This document shows, one piece after another, positions 36,431-64,000 of a stretch of DNA of 64,000 nucleotides. The stretch's first letter is position 1; every line of letters starts with the position of its first letter. The translations under genes and the position numbers were made by a program. A model generated the notes under the pieces. The model was given only the letters and a program-made list of their open reading frames with translations, made no database searches and had not been told where the DNA came from. This stretch comes from Amoebidium appalachense (lineage: Eukaryota; Protista; Ichthyosporea): the NCBI GenBank assembly GCA_963693365.1, contig CAVNZM010000001.1, forward strand, positions 11,992,161 through 12,056,160, given 5' to 3'.

Positions 36431-36639
36431 CACATGCACATCCACACACGCGCGCACCCACCCACACACACACGTACACACACACACGTACACACCCACA
36501 GCTCCATCGGTACCTCCATGGATTCTGTTGTTAGCCGTAACCCAGACACCATGTCGACCCAACTAGCCGCCTTTATGAAAGAGAAAGGCATCGTCATATT
36601 GGTACTGCTCACAAAAGGTCTGTCCGCTCCCCCCTCCTC

Positions 36640-36681
<42 letters not shown>

Positions 36682-37201
36682 AAAGTTAAAAATAGGAAAG
36701 AAAAAGTCCTGCACTTACGAGCGTGTGGGCGCACACATACACTGGCACCTCGTCCTTGTCATAAACACATGTATCAGTGTATCATTTAGTGCCTTCCCCC
36801 TTTCCTCGATTCCCCCCATTATCCTGTCAGTAAACAACCACCGTTTAGAAGGGGAGGGGAGAGGGGTGTGTGTGTGGGAGGGGGGGGGAGGGGGAGGGGG
36901 AACGAGTGAGAAGTGGTGACTGGGGGGAGGAGGGTGGGGAGGGGGGAGGGATATTGCCAAACAAGAAACTAACAAGCAATTTTCCATTTATTTTTTTTTT
37001 CAGCGGCCAAGAAAGTTGGGGGGAAGCGCGAGATTGCCTTGATTGGTCAGAATGGAGAACTGGTCGAGGGGCTGAGCGAAGGCCTGACTGGGGACAGCAC
37101 TCTCGCACTAAGTCCGATGCTTTTACCGGCTGCAAATCTGGGCCCACATTCTGGTATAGAACCCCCCCCCCCCCCCCTTCCCCCTCCCCCCTCCCCCCCC
37201 C

Positions 37202-37232
<31 letters not shown>

Positions 37233-38233
37233 ACCGCCCACCCCCCCACGGTGGCCATGTTTCAGGGTCCGGTCATCCGGTTTATCCTTTTCACATATTT
37301 CTGAACCCTAAAGATTGCGAAAATGATTGGATGGGATCATGGCATCCGTCTTGCCGCAGTGATGCAGAGAGAGATTACAATTTTCCGGTATCATCGAGTC
37401 GGGCGCTTCACCCTTGCACTTTGCATCGTCACAAGTACGTAGTGTTGCTTTCACCATTAAAAAATTTAAGTTTGGCGGAAGAAAATGAAGAGCAGCTTCA
37501 ATAATGTGTACATACAACAGGTGTAGGGTAAAGCCGCCGCACAGGCGAAGCGATCGGGCGCCGCCGCTCAATTTCCTGCTCGATTTATCATGACTGGTTT
37601 CCGGATTTACGGCATTCCTATCCGGAAAACCTAGACTTCCGTGATATTATGCGGCTTTTAAGTTCCGGTCGAATAGAGGCAAAAACTTAATTTTAGCAAA
37701 ACTAACAGACAAAACCTAAGGGCTCCCTAAGATTTTAAACACAAGTCCACAACATTTGTTACGTAATTGTTGAACAAACCCCACCTTCTAGTTATATATT
37801 TTCAGGATTTTTTATTAGTGACGACGCTAAAAATGAGAAGAATTCGTGAGGTATTTGCAACCGCTCTAGCGGAATCATATACTTTGACAACAAAAAACAT
37901 AGCACAATAATATAATTATGTAAAGGCATATTGATTTTTCGTTTCTAATAGATGTTTGTATATTGTTTTTCTTGTTTGCAGAAGGCTGTTAGGTTTTTTA
38001 GGTTTCATAACCTACATGACCAAAATACCGGACGGGACCCCCCCCCCCAGAAATGGCCACCGTGCCACCCCCGGCGCCCCCTCCCTCCCCCTCTTTCTAT
38101 TCTTCTCTCACACTTTAAGAACCCCAAAAGGAAAGGAGAAACCCTCTTTTGGCTCTCTCTCAGTACCACAAAAATGGAAGACTCTTTCGCTCTCTCTCTC
38201 TGCTAGTACATATTATTAATGGTTTGCGCCTCC

Positions 38234-38278
<45 letters not shown>

Positions 38279-38647
38279 ACACACCTCTCCCCTTCTTAGA
38301 AAAAAGAGGGACTCCTCCCCTCCCCTTCCCTCCCCTTCCCCCCGTCCCCTCCCTCCTCCTCGGGTGGTCCCGAGAATGGCCTCTAATTGTATGGCATATG
38401 CATAAGTCTCGTTGCCTGTCACCCCCTTCCACCGACGTATCCCATCCCTGTCTTCACCCACCACAGCATCTGGCCTCCTCCAAAAAAAAAAGAGGGGGGG
38501 GGGGGGGGGGGTTAGATCTCTCTGCTTTTGCTTTTGCTAAATGACTGCATAAGTAAATAAATCTGTTCGTCTTTCATTAGAACGGGTTGTCCACGTACGT
38601 TTGATTTGGAGTATCTCGTTTATTGGGTCTAGCAGGGAGAGAAAGTG

Positions 38648-38678
<31 letters not shown>

Positions 38679-39258
38679 CTGTCGATGACTCCGCCCCTTC
38701 CTCAGGAAGGGCTCTGCTTCTGATCTGATGCATTCTGTTTGTGTGTCTTTGTGCCTGTGTGTCTCTTTTTTTTCCCAAAAACTCTGCATGGTGTCGTCTG
38801 TCGTGAAGGTATACTTCACCCTGGAACACATTCTAACCGTCCCCCCCCCCCCCCCCCCCCTTTCTTTCCCCCCACTCTCCATCTCTCTCTCCCTTTCCCC
38901 TCCCCCCCCCTCCCCCCCCCCCCCCCCCAACCTACCCACCCACCACCCCTGCCTCCCCTACCATTGCCCCCCCACCCCCACCCCAACCCTCCCCCTCCCC
39001 CTAATATCCTCACATACAGCTGCATACACTAACGAGGTAAACGCATCAAGAAAGGAGGTTCTACCCCTCATACGCCAAATACTCACCCAGCAGCTCAAAG
39101 AAACAAGACACCTCGAAATTGTCTCAGATGCTCCCTCGGATTCGTCAGCAAACGACGATTCTAGACCTGCGTCTCCAACAGCCTCTATGGAGAGACTAGA
39201 CATGGTGGTGGGGAAAAATGAGATGTTGGACGTGCCTAAAACTGTGCATTATAGGTGA
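30186..39258 (+). CDS. PRUNE1: DHH-family exopolyphosphatase (PRUNE/PPX1), ~428 aa, 12 exons
   Basis: Phase-consistent exons: 30186-30265, 30570-30669, 31093-31198, 32031-32131, 32795-32836, 33761-33844, 34478-34566, 34913-34992, 35793-35892, 36502-36617, 37004-37153, 39020-39258. Motifs HVVFGNEAADLDS, LPVINIPR, VDHN, IIDHH, SCATLV, AILIDS.NL, RRDYK, SRKEVLPL. Confidence 0.92.
32135..32328 (+). repeat. ~22-bp minisatellite GTACTGTTTGCA(CAC/TGA)TGCA(CACA/TATG), ~9 units
   Basis: Starts immediately after the PRUNE exon-4 donor. Confidence 0.85.
37247..38064. mobile_element. Non-autonomous TIR DNA transposon (hAT-like MITE), ~818 bp, in PRUNE intron 11
   Basis: 12-bp perfect terminal inverted repeat CACGGTGGCCAT / ATGGCCACCGTG with an imperfect subterminal extension. 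CCACCCCC flanks both ends (37238-37245 plus one extra C; 38065-38072), consistent with an 8-bp TSD. The interior lacks the microsatellites typical of these introns. Confidence 0.7.
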
Positions 39259-39297
39259 AGGTGTTGACTGTTGACTCTTTGAGTATATGGTATTGTA

Positions 39298-39392
<95 letters not shown>

Positions 39393-39794
39393 CGCGCGCG
39401 TTTGTCTTGTGGGGAGGGACGGAGGGAAAGAATGGAAGGGGGGAGGAGGAGGGAGGAGGGGGGGGAGGACCAGGGGAAGGGGACGATTCATTCAAACCGA
39501 TTTAAAGATTTTATACGAGTGGATTGAGGAAACTAGTTTAGCGGGCCCTGTGTGCTTTGGGGTTGGGCAGTACAGTGTAAAAAAGCAAATGAATGTGAGG
39601 GTGTGATTGTTTGCTGTTTCTCATGCCTTTATGTCATGTATATATACATATCTCGGCCGAATTTGGACATTTTCGCGGGTTCTGTGTCTGCCCCGTTGTG
39701 ACACAATTTTAAGAACTTGGCCGGGAGTAGTTTAACCATGTAAGGAAATATGCATTTGGGATATCTGAAACTGATTGTATTATAGGGAAAGTGT

Positions 39795-39942
39795 ATAGAA
39801 CTAACGGCACATTGCACTGTGTGCTGTAGTTGTAGTTGTTGGGTTAATATAATTAAGATTTACAGATGGCATAGAACTAACAGCACATTGCACTGTGTGC
39901 TGTAGTTGTAGTTGTTGGGTTAATTAAGACTTACAGATGGCA
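39795..39942. repeat. ~76-bp tandem duplication (2 copies)
   Basis: ATAGAACTAAC.GCACATTGCACTGTGTGCTGTAGTTG at 39795 and 39871. Confidence 0.95.
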
Positions 39943-40372
39943 TTTCGTGGTGTGACGTAATTATGACGTCGGATCGAGACTTAAGTACGATGGGCTTTGT
40001 CTATATGCTTGAGGCGATCGCCAATCACCTTGTAAAAGAATAAAAGAATCCTTGGGGAAAGGCCGGTACGGTTGATAAATGATGACTATATTAGAGCCAG
40101 AAAACACAACCAAGTATACCGACCGTACTTAGGCCCCCCCCCTCCCCCCCCCCCCCCCCCCCCCCCCCCCCTGATCCTCGCACATTGTCTGCATTGTGTA
40201 TAAATTCCGTATAGACAAATGTAGACGCGCACACATGCCATCACTACCACCATCACTACTGCGCACGTACTTAGTACCTATATATACTGCACAGTGGGTG
40301 TGGACATATTGACACTGAAGTTTTTTGTTTTGGTCTATGAAGGTGCTCTGGCAAAATGTTCGTGGGGGTTGG

Positions 40373-40501
<129 letters not shown>

Positions 40502-40553
40502 TGTGTGGTGGTCCTGGTGGTGGTGTGGTGGAGAGGGGGAAGGGTGTGTGTGT

Positions 40554-40591
<38 letters not shown>

Positions 40592-41459
40592 CAACCGAAA
40601 AAGGGGCACAATACCTTGCACATGCTCATCCATACAGGAACAAAGATATATATGGGCGAGATCAGAAACTTTATTTGTAACCCTGCCGCCTGCAGCAGGC
40701 AATGAAAAAATAATAATATCCGGTCAAACGCTTCGTTTTTTCTCTTTTGTTGCGCGTTGGCAGTATTTCACTCTCCTTTCTTACCCATCATTCTAACAAC
40801 AGAACCTAGTAATACTATGATAGAGTAGTTACGGATTTGATAAGCGGCTTACAGGTTCGATGGCCAGGCTGCACAGAAAAAAATTACACGTATATAAAAA
40901 CAAGTGTGCCAACAATGGAATGTTCAAACAATATAAACGTAGGTTACGCAACTAGGGTAAATTTCTAAGCTGGGAGCGGCTATCAAAGTCACCAAAACAA
41001 GAAATAAAGAAAGAAAATGAATGAAAAAATAAACAGAACCCCACCAAAAGAACAAAAACAGCATAAAATGATCTAGAGATTTCCGTACTCTTGGATGTTT
41101 TTTAAGGTGTGGACGTGCTTGATTCTTAGAGTAAACACCCGTGTGTACGTGTGTGTGTGTGTGTGTGTGTGCGTGCATACGCACATGTGTGCAGGTGCAT
41201 ATGTGTACAAGTGTAACCGTTTGAGTGCTTGTATATGCTATTCCAAGCATGCAAACAGTCTTTTTCCAGTTGGCCAACACCAGTTTAAACGTCCCAGTTT
41301 CCGGTATTCGTTTCCCGGCAAGTATATATTTGACACACTTTTCGTTACACTATTTCGACAGTACACCAACAGACACAATAAACCAATCGTTCTCATATAT
41401 GTTGTGTTTAAAAGGGGGGATATTTCTCTTTCATGGGAGGGGGGGGGGGAGGGGGTTCT

Positions 41460-56343
<14,884 letters not shown>

Positions 56344-57798
56344 ATCCGCCTCCTCCTTTCCTCTCCTCTTATCTTTCCACTTCTCGCGATAGTGCGTTCC
56401 CGGCTACACCTGTACTTGGCAAACCCTTCAAAACGTGAACTTGAGCAAAGCTACAATATATCTATAAGAAAACCTCGGCCAATAGAATGCAACATTGAAA
56501 ATAGGGTAAGTTTATTGGTGATCAGGCACAATCATATCAGGTAAACTGCAAAATAATTTTTCGTGAATGGATTTAATGCATTTATATGTTTTATATGTTT
56601 ATTGATAGATATTTTTCTTGGCACACTATACTGTACATTGGTGAATATTTAGCTCGATTGTCGAGGATGCATTATTGACAGATCTATTTACAGCGCTCAT
56701 TTGATAAAATCCAATCAGTATAAACCTTCGCACATTTGGAATCTGTTGCTAAGACTTTTGCGTAAATATGAGCCAATTATGTGGACATTTGTTTTTGTCC
56801 CACACATCCGGCCGCATCGTGGCCACTGGCCGGCCGTACAGTAGGCATCGAAAAAACAGTCTATCAGCACAAGATACAGGCATTGGAATGTTAGAACCTA
56901 TAAATTATAATGTTAACTCTTATTTCTTTGAAGCTGTAGCTTGCCCAGCACATTGGGGCTCACCCGCTCCGGCCGCGCCAAGTGATTCCCGGAGTCAGCC
57001 GGAAGGCCGCGCGGCCCCCCCGACTGATTGACTTAGTCACGAGAATATGATTTGCTGTAAGCGCATCATTGGGTTCTCCCAATACCCCAAATGGGGGAGG
57101 TTTTATTATTTGATGTAAATATTTTGATTTCTGGATTCTAAACACGTCTCAAATAAAAATGCATTTAGCTCTATATACAAAGCTCCTTAAATAGATTTAT
57201 TTTATATTGAGATTGATATGTGAGATTTTATGCTAAATACATAAACGTTTGTCGCTGCACTCCAATTAAAAATTTTAATTAATTCACAGTGACCCCTTCC
57301 TGAGATGTGTGTGGGGATCAATGTATGGTGTGTTGCTGAATTCAGTCTTGGTTTCTTCCCGGTGAACGTTTACAGGTAGCATGTTTACAACATCCGTTAA
57401 CGTTTCGTTGCTTTGAATAAGTAAACAGTTCAGCGTTTCAATGGTTCATTGTTTAATTCCTGCTATCTCTCTCTCTAAAAAAACAAACGAAGGAACGTCC
57501 AAACTGGGTGATGATTGCCTGTGCTCCAAGTTGCGGTCTGTCAGTCGTACGGTAACCCCAATCTCATAGGTCTACCACGCACCACCGTTTATATACATGC
57601 ACGCACCAGGTCTTGAGCTGCTTCAAGTTGGCGCTTTCGTGTTTTCTTTGTTGCAAAAGTCTTTCCCGAAGCTAACGAGGTCCTTCTGTACACAGTATAC
57701 ATGTACCTAAAAGTCCACCTTGCATGCATATATTATCTAGCTAGCCCTATAGCGAGAAAAAGAAACTCTTCGTAACCCATTTGTTCCGAAGAGAGAAA

Positions 57799-59248
57799 AT
57801 GGCAAGCTCTTTAGGTATACCTCTGGAGAGTGACCCAAACACATGGACACGCGAAAAGCTGTCTGACTGGCTCCAAGAAAACGGAGCCCTCGACATGCAC
57901 CAAGCCAAATCCACAACAACAAACACCACACTAGCTCGGTGGGTGAACTCATACTTAGAAGAGCTCCATCAAACCGAAAAACCCTCCATTCAGGGAAATC
58001 TCGCTGGTGTTAACCCATCCACACTCCCACCATGGTTTCCAGACAACAAGGAAGAGGCGTCCTTTAAGGGACCGCTGACAAAAGACTTTAGTAAAGTTCT
58101 CCGAGCGAGTGAATTCCTACAGGGAGACCGAGCGGGGACATACCCGTTGGTCGATTTGCGTAAAAACTTTCTACACATTGCCTCGCTTTGGGAGACAAAC
58201 AGCAAGGGGATGGTGTTCCAGGACCCAGCACAAGAAGAGCTCCTTATTGTTGTTCCTATTCTCGCTGTATCCCCATCCTTTCTCCCTCCTGGTAAGAAAA
58301 ATTTAAAGGCGGGTGACCAAGTGATCATCATTCGCCACCAGGATAAACGCGGCCCAGGTGCAGAGTATGCAGGAAAGAGCGGCATAGTGACCTCTTGGGA
58401 TGAAAAACTGGCAACTGGATCCATCACATTAGATTCAACCGGTGCAGATGCATCTACCAGCCAAGCGACGACATTGGAAAACGTGCCCGCTGCTAGTCTC
58501 CTTGCGATCGTTTCGCGCGCAACATGCCAGCCATCTACGGCAAACTGCCCCTGTTTGAAACCAAAGGCTACCAGTGTGGTCGTTCTCACAGGATTAGTCA
58601 GCCGGCCAGAGTTGAACGGCGCCATTGGGAGAATTGCTCATGTTGCCGGCGCGGCGGATCCCTCCAGTTGTGATGAGAGAGTGCAGGTGATTGTGCAGGG
58701 TCAAGACGCAACGATTAGCATCAAACTGCGAAACATCATTCTTGTAGAGACACCCCCTCCCGTCGTTTTTGTGGCTTTCAAGCACGAAATGAAGAGCAAT
58801 CTTCAGCCCGACAGCCCTGCCACCAAGGAATTTGCCAAAGCAAAGAATCTACCCGGCGAGACAATGGCGGTGACGATGTGCATGCAACGCGAAGTGCAGT
58901 TACTCTCCACTCTTTTGACCAAAACATCCGCCCAGTTGGGTGATGATCACAATCGCCTCATCCCCTCCCCGCTGACACAATCGCCTCATCCCCTCCCCGC
59001 TCGACAAATCGCATTGGAGCGTGACTGCTATCACATCTGTTGCGCCATCAGATATCGGGAGCATTAAGGAGCGGGTGAAAAATATGAACAAGGGGAAAGA
59101 GGCCGAGAATCCACAAGGGTCGACTCAGAAAGGGTCGCCTACGGGTTCGGGCCAGGCCAGCCCCAAACCGGCCACGACTGGGAACAAGTTAAAGAAACTG
59201 TTTTTGGGCAATGGTCGCAGCCAGATGGCGCTGCTGGAGGGTCTTTGA
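57799..59248 (+). CDS. Intronless hypothetical protein with two SH3/KOW-like beta modules; C-terminus frameshifted by a 28-bp duplication (as sequenced it stops at 59067)
   Basis: 422-codon ORF of normal complexity from the ATG at 57799. Modules LKAGDQVIII..EYAGKSGIVTSWD and VVLTGLVSRPELNGAIGRI..RVQV..ISIKLRNIILV. Removing one copy of the 58948-59001 duplication joins the frame to ORF 59021-59248. Confidence 0.7.
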
Positions 59249-61517
59249 GAGTCTATTTTTAGTGATGCCATGCATTATAGTTACTATAAATATCTTGGGC
59301 CTTCGATATAGCAGTTGTTCAAGAGAGCCGTGACATGGCTACCCCACGGTGCTTCTTTAAGGCCACAGACAGATTAAGTTGAAGAATTCTGTTTGGGTCT
59401 TTTTGCTCTTAGAGAAATGTTTGTTCCGGTTTTTTTTTTTTATTTTTTTTTTTTAACGTCTGAGCTAACTGTTTTGCTATGCTTTCGTTTTGAGGTGAAG
59501 AAGCTGTGGTTGGAGGAAGGGGGGGGGGGGGGGGGGGGGGGGTCTCTTGCATATACGGACAAATATCTGTCGTGTAGATGCATCTGTCTCGACTTGGGTT
59601 CTTTTATTAAATGGGAACTGCTGTTGCTAATCATGACACTGTGTGCAGTTGGGTGCCCGTCCCAGCGTTGGGTTGCGACCAACCGACCTTAATTTAGCAA
59701 TAACACTGATTAAATCGCCCTTCAATAGAGCAGCGATTAATTGTTGAACTGTTGAAAATGAGACATTCTTTGGCGAGTTTGCACGTCACAGTGGTGTGCA
59801 CTGACAAAGGCCCATTATCTAGTTCAATATTATATTGTTCCGCTGCTCGCATGATAAAGACCACACGCGCTCAAAAGGCTTACGGTATCGTAATCCCATG
59901 GTTCGTTTAACTGTTCTGGGTGCCAATCTCGCTCCCCCCTCCCCCCGCCCTCCCCCCTCCCCTCCTTTCCTTCTTCGAAAGAGGGGGGGGGGGGGGGGGG
60001 GGGGGGAGGGAGGGGGGGGGGGGATAGGCAGAAGGAGGAGGGGATGGGGCGGGGAGGGGGGGGGGGGGGGGGGGGGGGGAAGAGGGTCTATGTGTTAATG
60101 CGGTACGCAACCTACTGCGTATACAAGCACTGTTAGAGAACACGAACTTCAAGTAGACAGCAAAAACTTTGGTGATTTTTCTTTTTTTTTTTTTTTTTTG
60201 GATATAATGGAGAATGAATAGGTTAGAGACCAGTCCGTGCACCAGTGCCTTTGGGGGCGCTGTGTGCAACTCAGTAGCGCCTTAATTGCAAGCACACAGC
60301 TGCGCGCAGTGATGTGTATGTGCGGCGTGTGTGTGTGTGGGTGAGTGGGGGGTGTGTGGGTGTGTGGATGTGGGTGTGGGTGTGGGTGTGGGTGTATGTG
60401 TGTGCGCGCGCGCTTCCGCCCAGTGGTGCGTATGTGTGTGCTTTTTTTTCCTTGTGGGCGGTCTGCACAGAGGTATGCAATGGTGTGGGGGGGGGGCGGG
60501 GGAGGGGGGGGAAGGGGGAGGGGAGGGGAGACGGTAATATATATATATGTGGGGGTAAGCCTTCTCTGCTACACAATCAAAGCGACTTTTTATGTGCTAT
60601 GAAATACAGCAACTAGGAAAACTACTTCAGGGTTTCTCCATCTACATGGATATAATTACTTTACGGTAAGACATGAAGCACAAGTAGAATAGAATAGACG
60701 AAACTTACTCAGTGACCAGCTCCCTGACAACACGATGCAAAAAAAAAACAAGAAATCAAGTTGAAGGAGATCAGTGGAAGGTGACAATTTTTTGACAGGT
60801 CTCAACAGGTTAAATGTGACATCGGCATCTCGTCACGCGTGGAGGGGTTTCTGTGTATCTGTACATATCTGTCTAACAGAACACCGAATGCCAAAAGGTG
60901 TAACTTGGTTATTGTGGAAGGACGGGGTGAGGAGGGGCAGTGTATGTCACTACACTTGTGTTTATACGTGTGTGTCCGTCTGTGCTTGTTTGTGTGTGTG
61001 CGTGTGAGGGAAGGGGAGGGTGGGGAAGGAGGGGGAGGGGGGGGGGGGGGGGGGAGGGGGGGGGGGGGGGGGGTAGCATGGCATGAATGTGCATGCACAT
61101 GTGAAGTGATGTGCAGTGTGTGACATGCATATTTGAATTATCGGGGCAAGCAGAACATGATCATTCAAGCCCACGAGAATTTGACGGGCATAGTGACCTG
61201 GTAAAACGATGCCAAGAGCATCACAAGACAACAACATTTGGATATTAGGTTCATTAATTGACTTGAGAGAGAGCTGTCAGCACGAATATCCATGCCAAAC
61301 GTGAATCATTGAAAAGTAAGAGTGTATAAATGGACTCCTTACACTTACAGTGCAAACATTCTGAGGTTACCTTCATCCCCCAAAGTAAATGCAAAGAAAA
61401 CACACACACACACACACGGTTTTGCACATACACACCGTTAACCCGACACAAACAAACATAAAACAAACCGATCAAAAAACCTGAAGGAGAGAAAAGAAAA
61501 CACAACATCAACCAGCC

Positions 61518-62025
61518 ATGTCCGACTCCAAGGACCACCCCATTGACGTGGGAACACGTGTTGCCTGGAACTGGGGTGGGGGATCACCGGAGGGACACGT
61601 CACAGAGATGCATGCAGAGAGGGTGACGAAAGAAATTGCTGGAAAGGAGATCACGAGGGTCGGGTCAGAGGAGGAGCCGGCGCTTTTTATTGAGAGAGAT
61701 GATTCTGGAAAGAACCCGGTGTTGAAGAAGGCGACAGAGGTAAGTGTAGGGTAGCTCACGTGCACCATGTATGCATGCATGTGTACTCCGTCTAAGGATT
61801 TCTAACGGTTTCATTCTCCGTTATCGTGTTCCTTTTTCTTTTTGTTATCCCCCCCCCCCCCCCCCCCCCCCCTTCTCCCCCCCCCCAATTGGATAACTAG
61901 GGCTACAGAGGTGTTTGTGGGCAACGGTTAGTGCATTCATTCGTATCCCCTTTATATGGTGTTCTCACAATGCATTCTCTGAATTGCTGCTGTTTACTGT
62001 TCCAGTCACAGTTCCGCACCCCCCT

Positions 62026-62056
<31 letters not shown>

Positions 62057-62381
62057 TGCTCCCCTTACAACGGTTGCAAATGTTTTGAAGCTACATACTA
62101 TTTTCACTTGGCGGTAAAATCTGTGTGAACTTTGTCCACGTGCAACAAAAGTTCTATCTCAAATTTGCCTTTGTTTCGTTGTCCCGGAAAATTGCCTCCC
62201 ATCCTCACCATCCCCCCTACCCCTCCCCTCTCCCTCCCTCGCCATTACCACCCCACCCCCAATCCTCATTTTCACCCCTCCACTGTGTGGATTGCAGGTG
62301 CACGTGCTTGGAGAGGACGAGGAGCATGGCAGCAAGGACAAAGTCACCACACAGCGCCAGCAGAAAATCCGCGATGAATAA
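61518..62381 (+). CDS. Hva1 TUDOR-like / DUF2945 small protein, 101 aa, 2 exons
   Basis: Exons 61518-61739 (GAG|GTAAGT) and 62298-62381 (TGCAG|GTG..TAA). GTRVAWNWGGGSPEGHVTEMH..RVTKEIAGKEITR.GSEEEPA..VLKKATEV is the DUF2945 pattern. Confidence 0.85.
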
Positions 62382-62693
62382 ATATTAAATAAAGAGACCA
62401 AAATTAAAAGTTCAGCACCTTTTTTTTTAATGCCCTGTGAATAACCGGTTGTTGTGAGCAGGTGCGATGCTATGGGTTTATGATGTTTGCTCTTTGTCAG
62501 GGAGTCGACGTTAACAATCTTGTTTGGTCGGCTTCGGGAATGGACAGGGGGGAAGGTGGTGGTTGGCAAGTGTGTGCGCGTGTGTGTGTGGGGAGGGGGG
62601 GGGAGAGAGAGAGGGGGGGGGGGGGGGAGGGTGGGGGGGGGGGGGGGGGAGGGAGGGAAAGGGGTGGGTGGTTGGGTGGGTGGGGGTGTGTGT

Positions 62694-62746
<53 letters not shown>

Positions 62747-62904
62747 GTATTTACTCAACTCGCTTTTTCCTTTTCCCTTTGTTTTGTTTTTTGGTCTTCT
62801 GGATTCGGCTTTTGAGTGCGTGCGGGGGAGACGGGGTGGGGGGGGTGGCGGGGGTGGTGGTGGTGGTGGTGGTGGTGGTGGGGGGGGGGGGGGGGGGGGA
62901 TTTC

Positions 62905-62938
62905 ATGACTGGTGCATGGGTGTTTTTTTTTTTTTTTT

Positions 62939-62981
<43 letters not shown>

Positions 62982-63099
62982 AAATTCAGGAACACATTGA
63001 GGAAGAAAATCAACCGAAGGAATATTTCTGGAAAACGCATAAGTACCACAGAGGGGGGGGGGGGGGGGGGGGGGGACTGCACGATTGGTGCATGTGTTT

Positions 63100-63130
<31 letters not shown>

Positions 63131-63132
63131 TA

Positions 63133-63163
<31 letters not shown>

Positions 63164-63232
63164 AAATTCAGAAAGACATTGAGGAAGAAATTCAACCGAA
63201 GGAATATTTCTGGAAAACTCATAAAGTACCAC
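62905..63232. repeat. ~180-bp tandem duplication including T/G homopolymers
   Basis: TGGTGCATG.G(T)n(G)nTAAATTCAG..CATTGAGGAAGAAA.TCAACCGAAGGAATATTTCTGGAAAAC occurs twice. Confidence 0.9.
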
Positions 63233-64000
63233 ACCTTCCCCACTAAAATCTCCACAATATTTTCAACACAAACCTGGATAAATGGTTAATTCGGTGGTTA
63301 CACACTACCTTAATATACGATCAAATGGGTGACAGTGTTGCCTAGAAGCCACCGTATATTTTACTTGGTAAAGACAATGCAGGCAATATTTATTTTCCCA
63401 AATACACTGAGGTGCAAATATGACTGATACAAAAAATGACTCTTGCAAACTCGGTTTTGTGGATTTTTGTACTTAAAGTCTGGGGGGTTTGACTTTTCCA
63501 AATAAAGAGATAAAGTGAGAGGAACACTCCCTCAGAAATATGTATAGTCAGTACGTGATTCTTGGGCCCCGTTGTGTGTGCATAATATGTGTACGACGTG
63601 TGTGTGTGTGTGTGTGTGTGGCCCCGTTGTATGTGCATCATGTGTGTGTGTGTGTGTGTGTTGTGTGTGTGTGTGTGTATGTGTGTGTGTGTGTGCTTAT
63701 ACTCACGCGATGCGCTTCTGAGCTGTGTTATATGGCCTGATCATTATTGGCCAATTCTTCATAGGACTACTTCTACCCAAATCCAATTATTATTCGCACT
63801 TCCGGCTCCCCTGTGCTACACAGGACCCCGGTTTATGTAGGCAAAAATAAGTAAACAAACACAGGAAAAAAGGCCAAATCTGATTGCGGATTCACTACTG
63901 TGACCATAGCAAACACCATACTTCCACAGTCGGAATATTTAAACTTTTGTCGGTGTGCCAGCTATATCACTTGCAATTTCACTGCTCTCTTTTGGAGCCC

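Noticed and set aside
38780-38810. Possible extra PRUNE exon ending AAG|GTATAC
   Set aside because: It lies within a copy of the dispersed repeat, and exons 11 and 12 already join in phase.
57990-58625. 211-aa antisense ORF, and antisense ORFs over the histone genes
   Set aside because: These are shadows of the coding strand.

Overview
Eukaryotic genomic DNA, probably a unicellular opisthokont/holozoan (inferred from the histone and TM9SF3 sequences, not established). The genes are intron-rich, and their introns are packed with long poly(C)/poly(G) runs and (CA)n/(GT)n microsatellites, so almost all of the ORF track is spurious low-complexity translation. By manual splicing with phase checks I reconstructed: a 25-exon ubinuclein/HPC2-family gene with inserted ankyrin repeats (1400-21834, +); intronless H2B, H4 and H2A genes with histone 3' stem-loops; a 6-codon H3 remnant followed by a possible LTR/PBS; a 12-exon PRUNE/PPX1 exopolyphosphatase (30186-39258, +); a 16-exon TM9SF3 (41460-56343, -); an intronless ORF with SH3-like repeats and a frameshifting duplication; and a 2-exon Hva1/DUF2945 gene. 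The most unusual signal is a dispersed ~260-bp intronic element. It has about 18 copies and abuts poly(C) runs, every recognisable genic copy is in the sense orientation of its host gene, and several copies end in a CTAAC branch-point-like motif. Several minisatellites are also built from splice-site sequences.
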